Counted from the stretch's first letter, positions 16,548-25,385 are shown. The stretch: 64,000 bases of DNA from an archaeon GW2011_AR5 (GCA_000806115.1 JWKQ01000001.1:25784-89783); one strand, 5' to 3'. The notes: generated from the letters alone by a model not told the origin. Program-made: numbers and translations.

Positions 16548-16940
16548 TCACTTTACTGGCCTTTTCGCCCCGCAGGCTTCGCACTTGATGAACGTGTAGC
16601 TGTCGAGCTTCTGCAGGGAAGTGTCGGGCTTTCCGCACTCCTTGCAGATTACAAAATCGCGCACATACTCTTTGATTCTCTGGTTCACGAGCGAAGGCGG
16701 AACTTTCGCCTGCAGCACCAGCTCACTGCCCCTGATGTCTCCGGGCACTGCAAGTTCCTTGAAAAGGTATTTTGCCAGCTCTTGCGGCGTGCGCCTGATG
16801 GTCTTGACTATTTCGGCGAAATTCCTCAGCACCGTCTGCCGCTTGCCTGTCTGCACCGACGCTGTCGGAATCTCAAACCTCGTCTCGGTTCTTACAGGCA
16901 GGTTCTTTACGGCTTTCTTCAGCATCTCTTCGTATTCCAT
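16548..16940 (-). CDS. eif2b: translation initiation factor aIF2 beta subunit
   Basis: RFEIPTASVQTGKRQTVLRNF and the C-terminal zinc ribbon CKECGKPDT..CEACGA match aIF2-beta. Confidence 0.92.
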   Translation of the reverse strand: MEYEEMLKKAVKNLPVRTETRFEIPTASVQTGKRQTVLRNFAEIVKTIRRTPQELAKYLFKELAVPGDIRGSELVLQAKVPPSLVNQRIKEYVRDFVICKECGKPDTSLQKLDSYTFIKCEACGAKRPVK

Positions 16941-17002
16941 GTCGATCCCTTTTCTTTGAAAAGAAAAGGTCTAGACTATCACCCCAAAAGAAACAGGTGA
17001 TC
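16941..17002 (-). repeat. leader-type two-hairpin element, copy E
   Basis: Gene-sense read: GATCACCTGTTTCTTTTGGGGTGATAGTCTAGACCTTTTCTTTTCAAAGAAAAGGGATCGAC-ATG. Confidence 0.8.
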
Positions 17003-17030
17003 TTCAGACCTTGAATTCAATATTACTTTA

Positions 17031-17399
17031 TTATTCACTCTTTTCCTGGCTTGAAAAATATTTGCTCTTTGCAGACTTGATTGTCCCTGTGACGCCAAGT
17101 ATATGCACCATGCATTTTGACTCGCTCACAACGGAGATGAGCGCAAGCATGGCGCGCACCTTCTCCACGCTGTCGTGGCGGCACTTGATGATGCCTGCCT
17201 GACGTTTCGCGTCATATGTGTTGTGAACAAACCATATGTTTGCCTCGGCGCCGCCAAGCTCTCCAAGGAACTCCATTGTGGTGGTCCAGATGGCATTGAC
17301 GAGCTCGCCGTAGATTACCGGGGTATCTGAAATAACCTCGTAAACTATATATCTCTTAGGCGGACGCATGCTCGGCGGCAGTATCTTCGGTTCGGCCAT
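17031..17399 (-). CDS. rnp2: RNase P protein component 2 (Pop5/Rpp14)
   Basis: PPSMRPPKRYIVYEV...AGIIKCRHDSVEKVRAMLALI matches the Pop5 family. Confidence 0.8.
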   Translation of the reverse strand: MAEPKILPPSMRPPKRYIVYEVISDTPVIYGELVNAIWTTTMEFLGELGGAEANIWFVHNTYDAKRQAGIIKCRHDSVEKVRAMLALISVVSESKCMVHILGVTGTIKSAKSKYFSSQEKSE

Positions 17400-17797
17400 T
17401 ATTTGTCAACCCTTATCTTAAGTTCGTTAAATCCAGTTTCTTTGTCGAATTCCCTTGAAAATGTTGCGTCTTCGATTTCCCCGATTATTATCTCGGCAGT
17501 GACGTAGATTATACAGCCTTCTTTCAAGTGACCTCCGACTCCATTTCCGTTTTCATCGGATAATGATACATGAAGATGGACATCATCCTGACAAAGAGTT
17601 CCGGAAAGGGCATTAATTTCGAAGCGATTTTCGTAGTCTTTTATTATATTTTCGTCAGACATTCTCAAAGTAGCCTTCCTTAGTGAACCTACACATGTTA
17701 TTATGAATCCTGCATTGATGTTGTTTTCCTTAGTGAATTTAATCAGCTCTTTTTTCAAATCCTGATTCGGCCGTAGTCGCAAGGCATGAATTTTCAT
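17399..17797 (-). CDS. PPC/DUF296-domain protein
   Basis: ALRLRPNQDLKKELIKFTKENNINAGFIITCVGSL..LSGTL....HLHVSLSDENGNGVGGHL fits the PPC (DUF296) pattern. The gene is strongly AT-rich compared with its neighbours. Confidence 0.65.
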   Translation of the reverse strand: MKIHALRLRPNQDLKKELIKFTKENNINAGFIITCVGSLRKATLRMSDENIIKDYENRFEINALSGTLCQDDVHLHVSLSDENGNGVGGHLKEGCIIYVTAEIIIGEIEDATFSREFDKETGFNELKIRVDK

Positions 17798-18486
17798 TAT
17801 TCCACCTCGCGCACTCCTTCATACCTCTTCCCGGCGAGCTTCTCCCTGTTCTCCCGTATTATCTGCTCAGGGATTGACGTGGTAGTTTCGATTGCTTTTC
17901 CCAGGTCAAGCCCGAGAAGATGCGCTATGGATGCAAGCTCGCGCCCTGAACGCATGCCCCATTTGGTGACTGCGGAAGATGTCGTAACTATCTTCACATC
18001 GTACTTCTTGCACAACTCTATGTTCTTCTTCATGGCGGAAAGTATGTATATCCTGTTCCGCTTGTAGTTCTCGAGCACCTCGCGGAAGTTCACCTCTATT
18101 GCAACATTATTGTCGTGCGCCGCCCGCGTGCATATGTGGTCCAGCCCGCTGTCCTTCCTGCCAAGCTCGGGATGGCAGAGCACGTCTATCGTGCCATTCT
18201 CGCATGCCGTGCGGTTTACGTCATAGTTCCCGCCGTGCACCATCAGCACCTCGGCGCGCTCGCGCGCTTTTTCAGCCAATTTGTTCACTTCTTCGGGCTT
18301 TGCGGGCTTTATCATGACAGAATTAATCAAATCAATGCCTTCGACGTCAGGCAGCTCGCTTACGGAAGGAAAATACCTGACTAGCCCGATTCCCGCCAGC
18401 CCGAGGCGCTTTCCCATCTGCGCCATTTCCTCGACGGAATTCTCCCCTATGGAAAGCGTCGTATGTACGTGCAAGTCGTAGTTCAT
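17797..18486 (-). CDS. rnp3: RNase P protein component 3 (Rpp30, PHP-like)
   Basis: MNYDLHVHT.. N-terminus and a TIM/PHP-like pattern, adjacent to Pop5. Confidence 0.8.
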   Translation of the reverse strand: MNYDLHVHTTLSIGENSVEEMAQMGKRLGLAGIGLVRYFPSVSELPDVEGIDLINSVMIKPAKPEEVNKLAEKARERAEVLMVHGGNYDVNRTACENGTIDVLCHPELGRKDSGLDHICTRAAHDNNVAIEVNFREVLENYKRNRIYILSAMKKNIELCKKYDVKIVTTSSAVTKWGMRSGRELASIAHLLGLDLGKAIETTTSIPEQIIRENREKLAGKRYEGVREVE

Positions 18487-18600
18487 CTAAATCACCCGGA
18501 CTTCGAAATCTTAGGCCTGTTGCCGAACCCGCCCGGAGCTTTTGCTATATTATACTGAGGAATGAAAGCTTTAATGCGAACGAAAAAGGAGCTTGCACGG

Positions 18601-18927
18601 TCAGATTAGCTTGAATTTTATCACTTTGACAAGTGAGCTCCCTGTAACACTATAGCCAAAATATCCCGAATAGGTTCTGTACATCTCTTCTTCTGAGACA
18701 AACTTTTCATGCCCTTCCTTGTCCTCATGCCTCATTCCGCCAAACGTTGTGTTGTTCACCGAGACGATTTTTGCTCTGGCGAACGGCTTGCGCGTTACCG
18801 ACTCTACAAACTCAAGAACATCGCCCGGCAGGATGTCAAAATCATACGGCTGCCTTCGCCAAGTAATCGTCTTTTCTCCGGAAAGAACCAATGGAATGAG
18901 TTCGCTTACAAATCCCAGCTGTTTCAT
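18601..18927 (-). CDS. ASCH-domain (PUA-like) protein
   Basis: ELIPLVLSGEKTITWRR...GDVLEF....FARAKIVSV fits the ASCH fold signature. Confidence 0.65.
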   Translation of the reverse strand: MKQLGFVSELIPLVLSGEKTITWRRQPYDFDILPGDVLEFVESVTRKPFARAKIVSVNNTTFGGMRHEDKEGHEKFVSEEEMYRTYSGYFGYSVTGSSLVKVIKFKLI

Positions 18928-18929
18928 TG

Positions 18930-19424
18930 TCAGCGCCTGAGCCCGCGGCTTCTTTTCCCCGCGCTTGTGCGCCCGCGGAACACGCGGCTTCTCTGGGTCG
19001 TTATCCAGTTTATTGTCTTGTCGCTCTTTATCACAGGATGATGTTTATCAACTAAGATAATCTCAAAGTAGTGATACTTTCCGTCTTCCCCGACTTTATA
19101 ACTGTTGAGAACCTCAAGATTCGGGTACTTGCCCGCCACGCGTTTTTCAGCAATCGATTGCTTGTTCTGCTTCGTCGTGAAGAACAGTCCCATGCTCCTC
19201 GGCTTCCTTCCCTTCCTTATCGTGGGGCGCCTTCTGCCGCCTTTCTTGATGCGGGTGCGCACAATGACAAAACCCTGCTTAGCCTTGTAGCCGAGCGCCC
19301 TTGCGCGCTTGGGCTTTGTGGGGCCTTCCAGCTTCTTCATCACGGGCTGCCTTCGCCATAGCTTCTCAGCCTGCAATGCAACCTTGGGCGTATTTTTCTC
19401 TTCCGCGCTTACTTGGTCTTCCAT
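18930..19424 (-). CDS. rpl15e: 50S ribosomal protein L15e (eL15)
   Basis: [39 protein letters not shown] and FEIILVD matches eL15. The ATG at 19424 lies ~30 nt downstream of TTTAAATATC. Confidence 0.9.
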   Translation of the reverse strand: MEDQVSAEEKNTPKVALQAEKLWRRQPVMKKLEGPTKPKRARALGYKAKQGFVIVRTRIKKGGRRRPTIRKGRKPRSMGLFFTTKQNKQSIAEKRVAGKYPNLEVLNSYKVGEDGKYHYFEIILVDKHHPVIKSDKTINWITTQRSRVFRGRTSAGKRSRGLRR

Positions 19425-19585
19425 AATTAACAAAGTAAGATGCAAAATAAGATATTTAAAGTAAATCCATCAAATGAGAGTATTGTTTATTGGATTTACT
19501 GATAGCGCACAAGAATTATAATATATTTTAAATCCTTTCTTGTGCTCTATAAAGATAAGCAAAAAAGTAACAAAAGTGAATTGAA

Positions 19586-19822
19586 ATGCACGCTGCAGTA
19601 AAACTCATTGTCGGGATAATAATATTTCTTGCCGGCTTGTACTGGTACCTGCCGGGCAGCGCGGTAAGCAGCTTTTTCAATCGCAGCGCCTTTCAGGCAT
19701 TCCTCGTCGTTTTCGAGGGATTGTTCGGGCTGATACTCATCTTCCTCGGACTGATAGTTGCGTGGATAGAATACGAGGACCTCAAGTGGGAAAGAAAGGA
19801 AAAACGCAAAGAAAAGAAATAA
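19586..19822 (+). CDS. small two-TM membrane protein
   Basis: 78 aa. Two hydrophobic helices and a Lys/Glu-rich tail. Confidence 0.5.
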   Translation: MHAAVKLIVGIIIFLAGLYWYLPGSAVSSFFNRSAFQAFLVVFEGLFGLILIFLGLIVAWIEYEDLKWERKEKRKEKK

Positions 19823-19859
19823 TCTCTTTCTAAATATTTTTCTAAATATACTAAGGGCT

Positions 19860-20603
19860 GTGTTAATCCGCGAAGTCCAAGCCAAGAGCATACTCACCAG
19901 GAGCCAGTTGACCGATTACTGCATAAACTGCTACATGGGATGTTCCTTCGGGTGCAGCTATTGCTATGCCCAGCTCATCATCCGCAAGTTTCACCCCGGC
20001 GAGGCGTGGGGCGGCTACCTTGACGTGAAAATCAATGCGCCACAGCTGCTTGAAAAGGAGATAGCAAGGGCGAAGCCCGGCACCGTGATGCTTTCTTCGG
20101 TTACCGACCCCTACCAGCCTCTTGAGGGCAAGTACCAGCTGACGCGCAGATGCTTGGAGATACTGCTGCGACACGGCTTCCCGGTTACAATCCTCACGCG
20201 CTCACCGCTTGTCACGCGGGACATCGGGCTGCTGAAGCAGTTCAGCGAGTGCAGCGTGGGCGTGAGCGTCACCACCGACGACGATTCTGTGAAAAACCTT
20301 TTCGAGCCGCTCACGCCGCCGTTCAAAACACGCATCGCTACCCTTAAGGCGCTGCATGACGACGGGCTGAACACGTATGCATTCATCGGGCCGATGCTTA
20401 AAATGGACGCAAAAACAGTGGCGGAGTCGATAGCGCCGAACGTGAACCACGTTTTCATAGACAAGCCCAAGTCCCCGCAGCTGTGGAGACAGACGGCTGA
20501 AAAAAACAGCATAAGCCTTGACAAAGAATACTTCGAAAGCGCAAGAGACGAACTGACTGACATACTGAAGGGCTACGGAATTAAGATTAATGCGCTTTTC
20601 TGA
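19860..20603 (+). CDS. radical SAM protein, SplB/DNA-photolyase-like (COG1533-type)
   Basis: INCYMGCSFGCSYCYA contains the CxxxCxxC radical-SAM cluster in the context typical of SplB-like enzymes. GTG start. Confidence 0.75.
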   Translation: MLIREVQAKSILTRSQLTDYCINCYMGCSFGCSYCYAQLIIRKFHPGEAWGGYLDVKINAPQLLEKEIARAKPGTVMLSSVTDPYQPLEGKYQLTRRCLEILLRHGFPVTILTRSPLVTRDIGLLKQFSECSVGVSVTTDDDSVKNLFEPLTPPFKTRIATLKALHDDGLNTYAFIGPMLKMDAKTVAESIAPNVNHVFIDKPKSPQLWRQTAEKNSISLDKEYFESARDELTDILKGYGIKINALF

Positions 20604-20748
20604 ATTCTAGTTTGCAAACCAGCAAAGCTTATAGTATCAAAACTGTTTATTAGTGGAAGGTGTGGCATCTGAGAATGTTTTTTCTAATGTAAAATATCAT
20701 AGAAAACATTCTAGATTCCATCATCATAAATTTGCAAGAGATGATGAG

Positions 20749-21876
20749 ATGTACGCAAGCAAGAAGCGATTTCTCGAAAGACTGACTCCAAGAATGCCGG
20801 CCATGAAATTCGGCAAAACAATAGACGGCACCAGCCCGCCGTCTGTCTTTGTCGGCAGGATGGGATATCCAAAAGTATTTGTGGGCCCCCTGGTCACGGA
20901 ATTAAAGGGAGACACGTTCGAGATGGACACGCCTGAAGCATGGATAGGCAAAAGCAAGATGAATATAGTCAATTTCAGGATGCAGCTTGCAAGGGGAATG
21001 GAGCAGGTTAAAATCACAGAGGTCGACAACAAGACGGTGGAGAAGATGAGAGAGATAGCCCTTGCATCCGGCACCGTCGATGCAAACGCAGAATTTGCCA
21101 AGCAGCCGAGAGGGTACTCTTTCAACGAGGACCACCAGCCGTTCGGTCCCAGCGCGCCTCTCAAATCCATGGAGATATCCAACGTGCGGTGGGATCACCA
21201 GATGGAAAAGGCTCACAGCGACACCGACATGAAAGCCGGCATGGCAATGGCAGAACTTTATGAAAAAGGAGTCCTCGTAAGTCAGATACAGAAGGCGCTC
21301 AGCGTCGGGGCATTTGGCATTAAGCGAAAATTAGTGCCAACCCGCTGGAGCATAACGGCTGTTGACGACACGCTCGGAAAGAACCTGCTGGACAGCGTAA
21401 GAAACTACCCGGTTCTTGACAGATACCTTGTTTATGAATTCGCGGCGCTTGAGAATTACTTTGTCATCCTGCTAATGCCGACACAGTGGCAGTATGAATT
21501 CCTTGAGGTGTTTCTCGGCGTAATGGGACAGCAAGAAATGATATTCACAGACTGGGAACCCTTCGGAGGACGCACCAAATACGCCGGCATGGGCGGATGC
21601 TATTATTCGGTGCGCCTGGCTGTTGCAGAAAAGCTGGAGGAAATGAAGAAACAAGCCGGCGCAATAGTCTTCAGGGAAAGCTATCCAAGCTACACGCCTC
21701 TCGGGGTATGGCTCTGCCGCGAGTCGGCGAGGAGATCCCTGCGCGCGCAGACAAAGGAATTTAACGACATGAATTCCGCACTCAGTTACATAGCGAACAA
21801 GGTTCAGACGCCTTTCTGGAAATACCGCAAGTCAAGCGTGCTTATGAAACAGTCAAGAATTAGCAGCTTCTGCTGA
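20749..21876 (+). CDS. nreA: NreA-like archaeal DNA repair protein (DUF650/DUF651)
   Basis: PPSVFVGRMGYPKVFVGP and LVPTRWSITAVDD are Nre-family signatures. The C-terminal QSRISSF is PIP-box-like. The ATG at 20749 is preferred over the GTG at 20653. Confidence 0.75.
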   Translation: MYASKKRFLERLTPRMPAMKFGKTIDGTSPPSVFVGRMGYPKVFVGPLVTELKGDTFEMDTPEAWIGKSKMNIVNFRMQLARGMEQVKITEVDNKTVEKMREIALASGTVDANAEFAKQPRGYSFNEDHQPFGPSAPLKSMEISNVRWDHQMEKAHSDTDMKAGMAMAELYEKGVLVSQIQKALSVGAFGIKRKLVPTRWSITAVDDTLGKNLLDSVRNYPVLDRYLVYEFAALENYFVILLMPTQWQYEFLEVFLGVMGQQEMIFTDWEPFGGRTKYAGMGGCYYSVRLAVAEKLEEMKKQAGAIVFRESYPSYTPLGVWLCRESARRSLRAQTKEFNDMNSALSYIANKVQTPFWKYRKSSVLMKQSRISSFC

Positions 21877-21941
21877 TTCTATATTCTTAAGGTTTGACTA
21901 TCCTAATTTATCTAGAAACCATAGGACCGGAGGTATACACA

Positions 21942-22178
21942 ATGGTAAGCTTTGAAACAATAAAGAGCGAAGAAATAAAATTCGGAAACAACAATTTCCT
22001 CGAGATTGCAAAGAAAAAGGCAGTCTCCGAAGAGGGGGAAAACACGTTCCTTTCCGTGAGCAGAGGATTCGTCACCCCGAGCGGCGAGAAAAGATACAGG
22101 AAGTCTTTCACGGTGCCGCTGGACGACAGCGTCATAGACTTCATCGTCCATAAGCTGAAGGAAATCAGCAAGGATTAA
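21942..22178 (+). CDS. PC4/YdbC-like single-stranded DNA-binding protein (tentative)
   Basis: 78 aa. FGNNNFLEIAKKKAV..GENTFLSVSRGFVTPSGEKRYRKSFTVP resembles the PC4-like beta-sheet repeat. GGAGGT lies 8 nt upstream of the ATG. Confidence 0.45.
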   Translation: MVSFETIKSEEIKFGNNNFLEIAKKKAVSEEGENTFLSVSRGFVTPSGEKRYRKSFTVPLDDSVIDFIVHKLKEISKD

Positions 22179-22195
22179 CTTTTGCTTTATTTTAG

Positions 22196-22663
22196 GTGTT
22201 AAATTTGGACGTCAGTTACGCGATAGAAAAGGCAGGCGCAAGCGAAGACATCAAAAAACTCAGCGGCTATTTCTTGTGTTCGTGCTTCGCGTGCATAAAG
22301 CAAAGCAGGGACGGGATAAACCAGTGGACGCTGCTTTACTTCAATCCGGAGGAGAACAAAGTCCTGGACTGCTTCGTCAACGACAAGTTTGTCACTATAG
22401 GAGACGAGACTCCGCCGATTGCCGAGATAGAGAAGCCTGATTTCACTGGGCTGAAAGTGCCGGTTCAGGATGCCATATCAACGGCGATGAAGGATTACAG
22501 GAAAAGCACGTTAAACATACTCATTACTCTCCACCAGAAGGGAAGGCTGACATGGACTATAAACCTCATCAGCGGCGACATGATGGCAACCACTGTAGAC
22601 ATAGATGCGAAAACAGGCGAAGTAACAAGGCAGGAAGAAACCAGCCTGATACGAAGGCTGTGA
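22196..22663 (+). CDS. hypothetical protein (PepSY-like C-terminus?)
   Basis: 155 aa, GTG start. The C-terminal WTINLISGDMMATTVDIDAKTGEV resembles PepSY. Confidence 0.45.
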   Translation: MLNLDVSYAIEKAGASEDIKKLSGYFLCSCFACIKQSRDGINQWTLLYFNPEENKVLDCFVNDKFVTIGDETPPIAEIEKPDFTGLKVPVQDAISTAMKDYRKSTLNILITLHQKGRLTWTINLISGDMMATTVDIDAKTGEVTRQEETSLIRRL

Positions 22664-22980
22664 TGCGAATGGATATACAAGTTACTGGATGGCGTAACGG
22701 CACGCCTAAGCCGAGCGGTGCAGGATACGGAATAAGGATAAGACGCAAAGACAGAGAAAAATACTTTAAACATGTAGGGAGTTTCATTAATGTGCAAACT
22801 GACAAAGAACTGATAAAAGTCAGCGTATCTCATTCTTTTTGGAAGAATTGCAACGAACTGAGGAATTCAAAAATTGGAAGATGGATGATAGAGAACAAAC
22901 TTGCTCCGTGGGAGAAAAATAAACCACCCTCGATGACGCTAAGGACTATCTGCAAAGGAAGATTCAGATTATATAAATAG
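22663..22980 (+). CDS. hypothetical protein
   Basis: Its ATG overlaps the upstream stop (TGATG), suggesting translational coupling. No motif recognised. Confidence 0.45.
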   Translation: MRMDIQVTGWRNGTPKPSGAGYGIRIRRKDREKYFKHVGSFINVQTDKELIKVSVSHSFWKNCNELRNSKIGRWMIENKLAPWEKNKPPSMTLRTICKGRFRLYK

Positions 22981-22992
22981 AGCTGCCTGACT

Positions 22993-24771
22993 TTAACCGG
23001 TTGGCATCGGCTGCTCTGCCTGCGATACGTAGAAAATGTAACGCCCGCGCTTCTCGCGCACCACGACGCCGCGCGCCATCAGGACGTCCAAGCGCTCCCT
23101 CAGCTTTTTCTCGCTTATCTTCGTTGTTTCCCTCAATTGCGTCATGTTCATGCTCGCCGCATTCAGGGTGTTTACTATGAGTATGTCAAGAGTCTCGTTC
23201 GTGACTCTTGGGGCGCGCGAACGCCTTGATTTTCTTCTTGCCGTTCGCTTTCTTCTCGGCTTTGCGCGACGCGCCTTCTTGCGAGTCTTGCGCGGCTTCG
23301 CCACAGCGGGCTTGAGCGCAATTATTGCCGCCAGTATCTCTTCCGACTGTTTCTTCACTTCTTCAAGTTCCCTGCGAAGCCTGTGCGTTTCCTCCGAGGA
23401 GAGATGAATCCTCTTGTCCATCTTGTCAAACATGTCATTTCCCACGGACTCTACCATGCCCGATAACTTTCTCTCCAAGGACGCCATCTCATCCTTAATC
23501 ACGCTTGTTACGTCTCCGTCGCCCCGTGTCTGGTCAAGCTTGTCAGAAAGTTCCCTTCCCTGGATAAGCGCATCGTTTATCTTGTCGTTCAGGTTTTCCA
23601 CTACGGAATACACGCCGGCAATCTTGTCGTCGGTTGCGCTTGTGTCGTACGGCTTTTCATCCAGCTTCTCGTCAATGCGCGCAAGGGCGTCCGCGCTGGA
23701 CGAAGACATTTCCATAAGACGCTCGTCAAACTTTGATAGAGTGTCAGAAATTGCGTCATGACGGCTTTCCATGTTCCTTATCGAGTCTGATATGCCGCCG
23801 AGAAGCTCGGAATTTGCCACAGAAACATTGTTCAGCTTCTCCTCCAGGGCCGCGAGCGCCTCGCCAAGCGCTCCGGATTTCTCGTCAATCTTGTCGACAA
23901 CTTCCATTATTTCGACGGAGCTGTCGCCCAGTTTCTCATCAAGCTTAATCATCATGTCTGCCGCAACGTCGTACCTGCTTTCAAGCCCGGCTACGGACGA
24001 CTTAAGGCTTTCCACAACCTGTGAAATTTCGTGAATATCAGAAATCTTCTCCCCGAGACCCGAGACATTCGAAGAAACCTCGCCCATCTTCTCCTCGACG
24101 CGGTCTGAAAGCGCGTCAACGCGCTCGCCAAGTTCCGACAAATACTCAATCTTTTCAAGCACAGCCGCGTTGCTGACAGAAAGGTCTCCCAGCTTCTCTT
24201 CTATGCTTCCAAGCGCTTCGTGATGTTCGCTGACTTTTTCCAGCAGCGACGCATTGCTCACAGAAATATCACCAAGCTTTTCCTCCGCACTGTCCAACGC
24301 TTCTCTGTATTCCGCAGACAAACCCTCCACCTTCTCACCGAGCTCGGCATTGATGACCGAAACCTCGTTGAGCTTCTCCTCAAGCTTGAGCACGCTGTCC
24401 GCAAGGAGTGGGTCGATGCTTTTTGACTTGATATCTGCAAGCGAAGTCTGGATGTCTGCAAATATGTCTGCCATGCCGGCAGCAAGCCTGTCAAGAGATG
24501 TCTTCTCATCAATCTTCAGCATAATCTCAGAAAGAAAGCTGTACTTGTTGTTTATCGCTGTTATGGAATCAAGCATGCCCGAAAGTATGTCCTTCATGTC
24601 ACGGAGCACATCGGCGTTGTTTATGGCCGATATACTTTCAAGCTTCTCGATTACGCTTTCCAGCTTCGCCCTGTACTCGTCGCTAACCACTTTTGTCTCA
24701 ATTACCTTCACCGCCGTGCGCTCGTCGCTCGGCAGCTCCTCGTCTACGCGTATGAGAAACTCGTCGTTCAT
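22993..24771 (-). CDS. long coiled-coil repeat protein with basic linker and C-terminal winged-helix domain
   Basis: 592 aa. There are six or more EEKL(G/N)xxSVxNA repeats, an Arg/Lys tract (KPRKTRKKARRAKPRRKRTARRKSRRSRAPR) and a wHTH-like C-terminus (MTQLRETTKISEKKLRERLDVLMARGVVVREKRGRYIFY). Confidence 0.7.
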   Translation of the reverse strand: MNDEFLIRVDEELPSDERTAVKVIETKVVSDEYRAKLESVIEKLESISAINNADVLRDMKDILSGMLDSITAINNKYSFLSEIMLKIDEKTSLDRLAAGMADIFADIQTSLADIKSKSIDPLLADSVLKLEEKLNEVSVINAELGEKVEGLSAEYREALDSAEEKLGDISVSNASLLEKVSEHHEALGSIEEKLGDLSVSNAAVLEKIEYLSELGERVDALSDRVEEKMGEVSSNVSGLGEKISDIHEISQVVESLKSSVAGLESRYDVAADMMIKLDEKLGDSSVEIMEVVDKIDEKSGALGEALAALEEKLNNVSVANSELLGGISDSIRNMESRHDAISDTLSKFDERLMEMSSSSADALARIDEKLDEKPYDTSATDDKIAGVYSVVENLNDKINDALIQGRELSDKLDQTRGDGDVTSVIKDEMASLERKLSGMVESVGNDMFDKMDKRIHLSSEETHRLRRELEEVKKQSEEILAAIIALKPAVAKPRKTRKKARRAKPRRKRTARRKSRRSRAPRVTNETLDILIVNTLNAASMNMTQLRETTKISEKKLRERLDVLMARGVVVREKRGRYIFYVSQAEQPMPTG

Positions 24772-24890
24772 AGCTTTTACTTAATAGTAGTGGTTTTAAA
24801 ATTATTTTGCAGCTACCGCGTAATTTTCCCGTTATTTCAAAACATTACGAAGACGGAAACGGATAATAGAGCGCGCAACGAAATACCTGC

Positions 24891-25385
24891 ATGGAGTTCA
24901 CTCCCGGCATCTACGGCTCGTGGCAGCAGGTTCAGGAGCAGAAATACAAAGAGATGAAGAGGCAGCTGGGCGGGCTATTCGGCGAGGTTTTCTCAGGAGT
25001 CATACTGGACGTAGGCTGCGGATTCGGATACCTTGAGAAGACGTTCAAGGGACGCTACATAGGAGCGGATAACAGCAGTGAAATGCTGCACAACCAGGTC
25101 GCCATATTTCCCCGCGTGCTGGCGGACGGCGGCAGCCTGCCCTTCAAAAACGGCTCTTTCGATTCGGTAATATCAATAGACGCGATGCACCTTATCCGCG
25201 GCGACGACTTCAAGCGGGTTCTGAAGAAAGGCGGAACAGCGATGATATCAATATTCTTCAACGACAGAAATTACGTGGAGCGAAAGGAAATGCTGCGCGA
25301 AAAGCTTTCCGGCATGGACATACTACACGATTTCACCATACACGGCAGGGAGAATGAATACGTGGCAGTCGCGAGGAAAATCTAG
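24891..25385 (+). CDS. class I SAM-dependent methyltransferase
   Basis: Motif I ILDVGCGFGYL and post-I/II spacing typical of the Methyltransf_11 type. Confidence 0.8.
   Translation: MEFTPGIYGSWQQVQEQKYKEMKRQLGGLFGEVFSGVILDVGCGFGYLEKTFKGRYIGADNSSEMLHNQVAIFPRVLADGGSLPFKNGSFDSVISIDAMHLIRGDDFKRVLKKGGTAMISIFFNDRNYVERKEMLREKLSGMDILHDFTIHGRENEYVAVARKI

Noticed and set aside
17011-17202. 63-aa plus-strand ORF downstream of an SD-like AGGTGATC inside repeat copy E
   Set aside because: It has a TTG start, is antisense to the Pop5 gene and has a hydrophobic low-information sequence. The SD-like string is part of the repeat consensus.
20653-20748. N-terminal extension of NreA from a GTG start (MEGVASENVFSNVKYHRKHSRFHHHKFARDDE)
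   Set aside because: The extension is low-complexity and His/Lys-rich and begins with GTG. The family-conserved sequence starts after the ATG at 20749. The longer form cannot be excluded without TSS or proteomic data.
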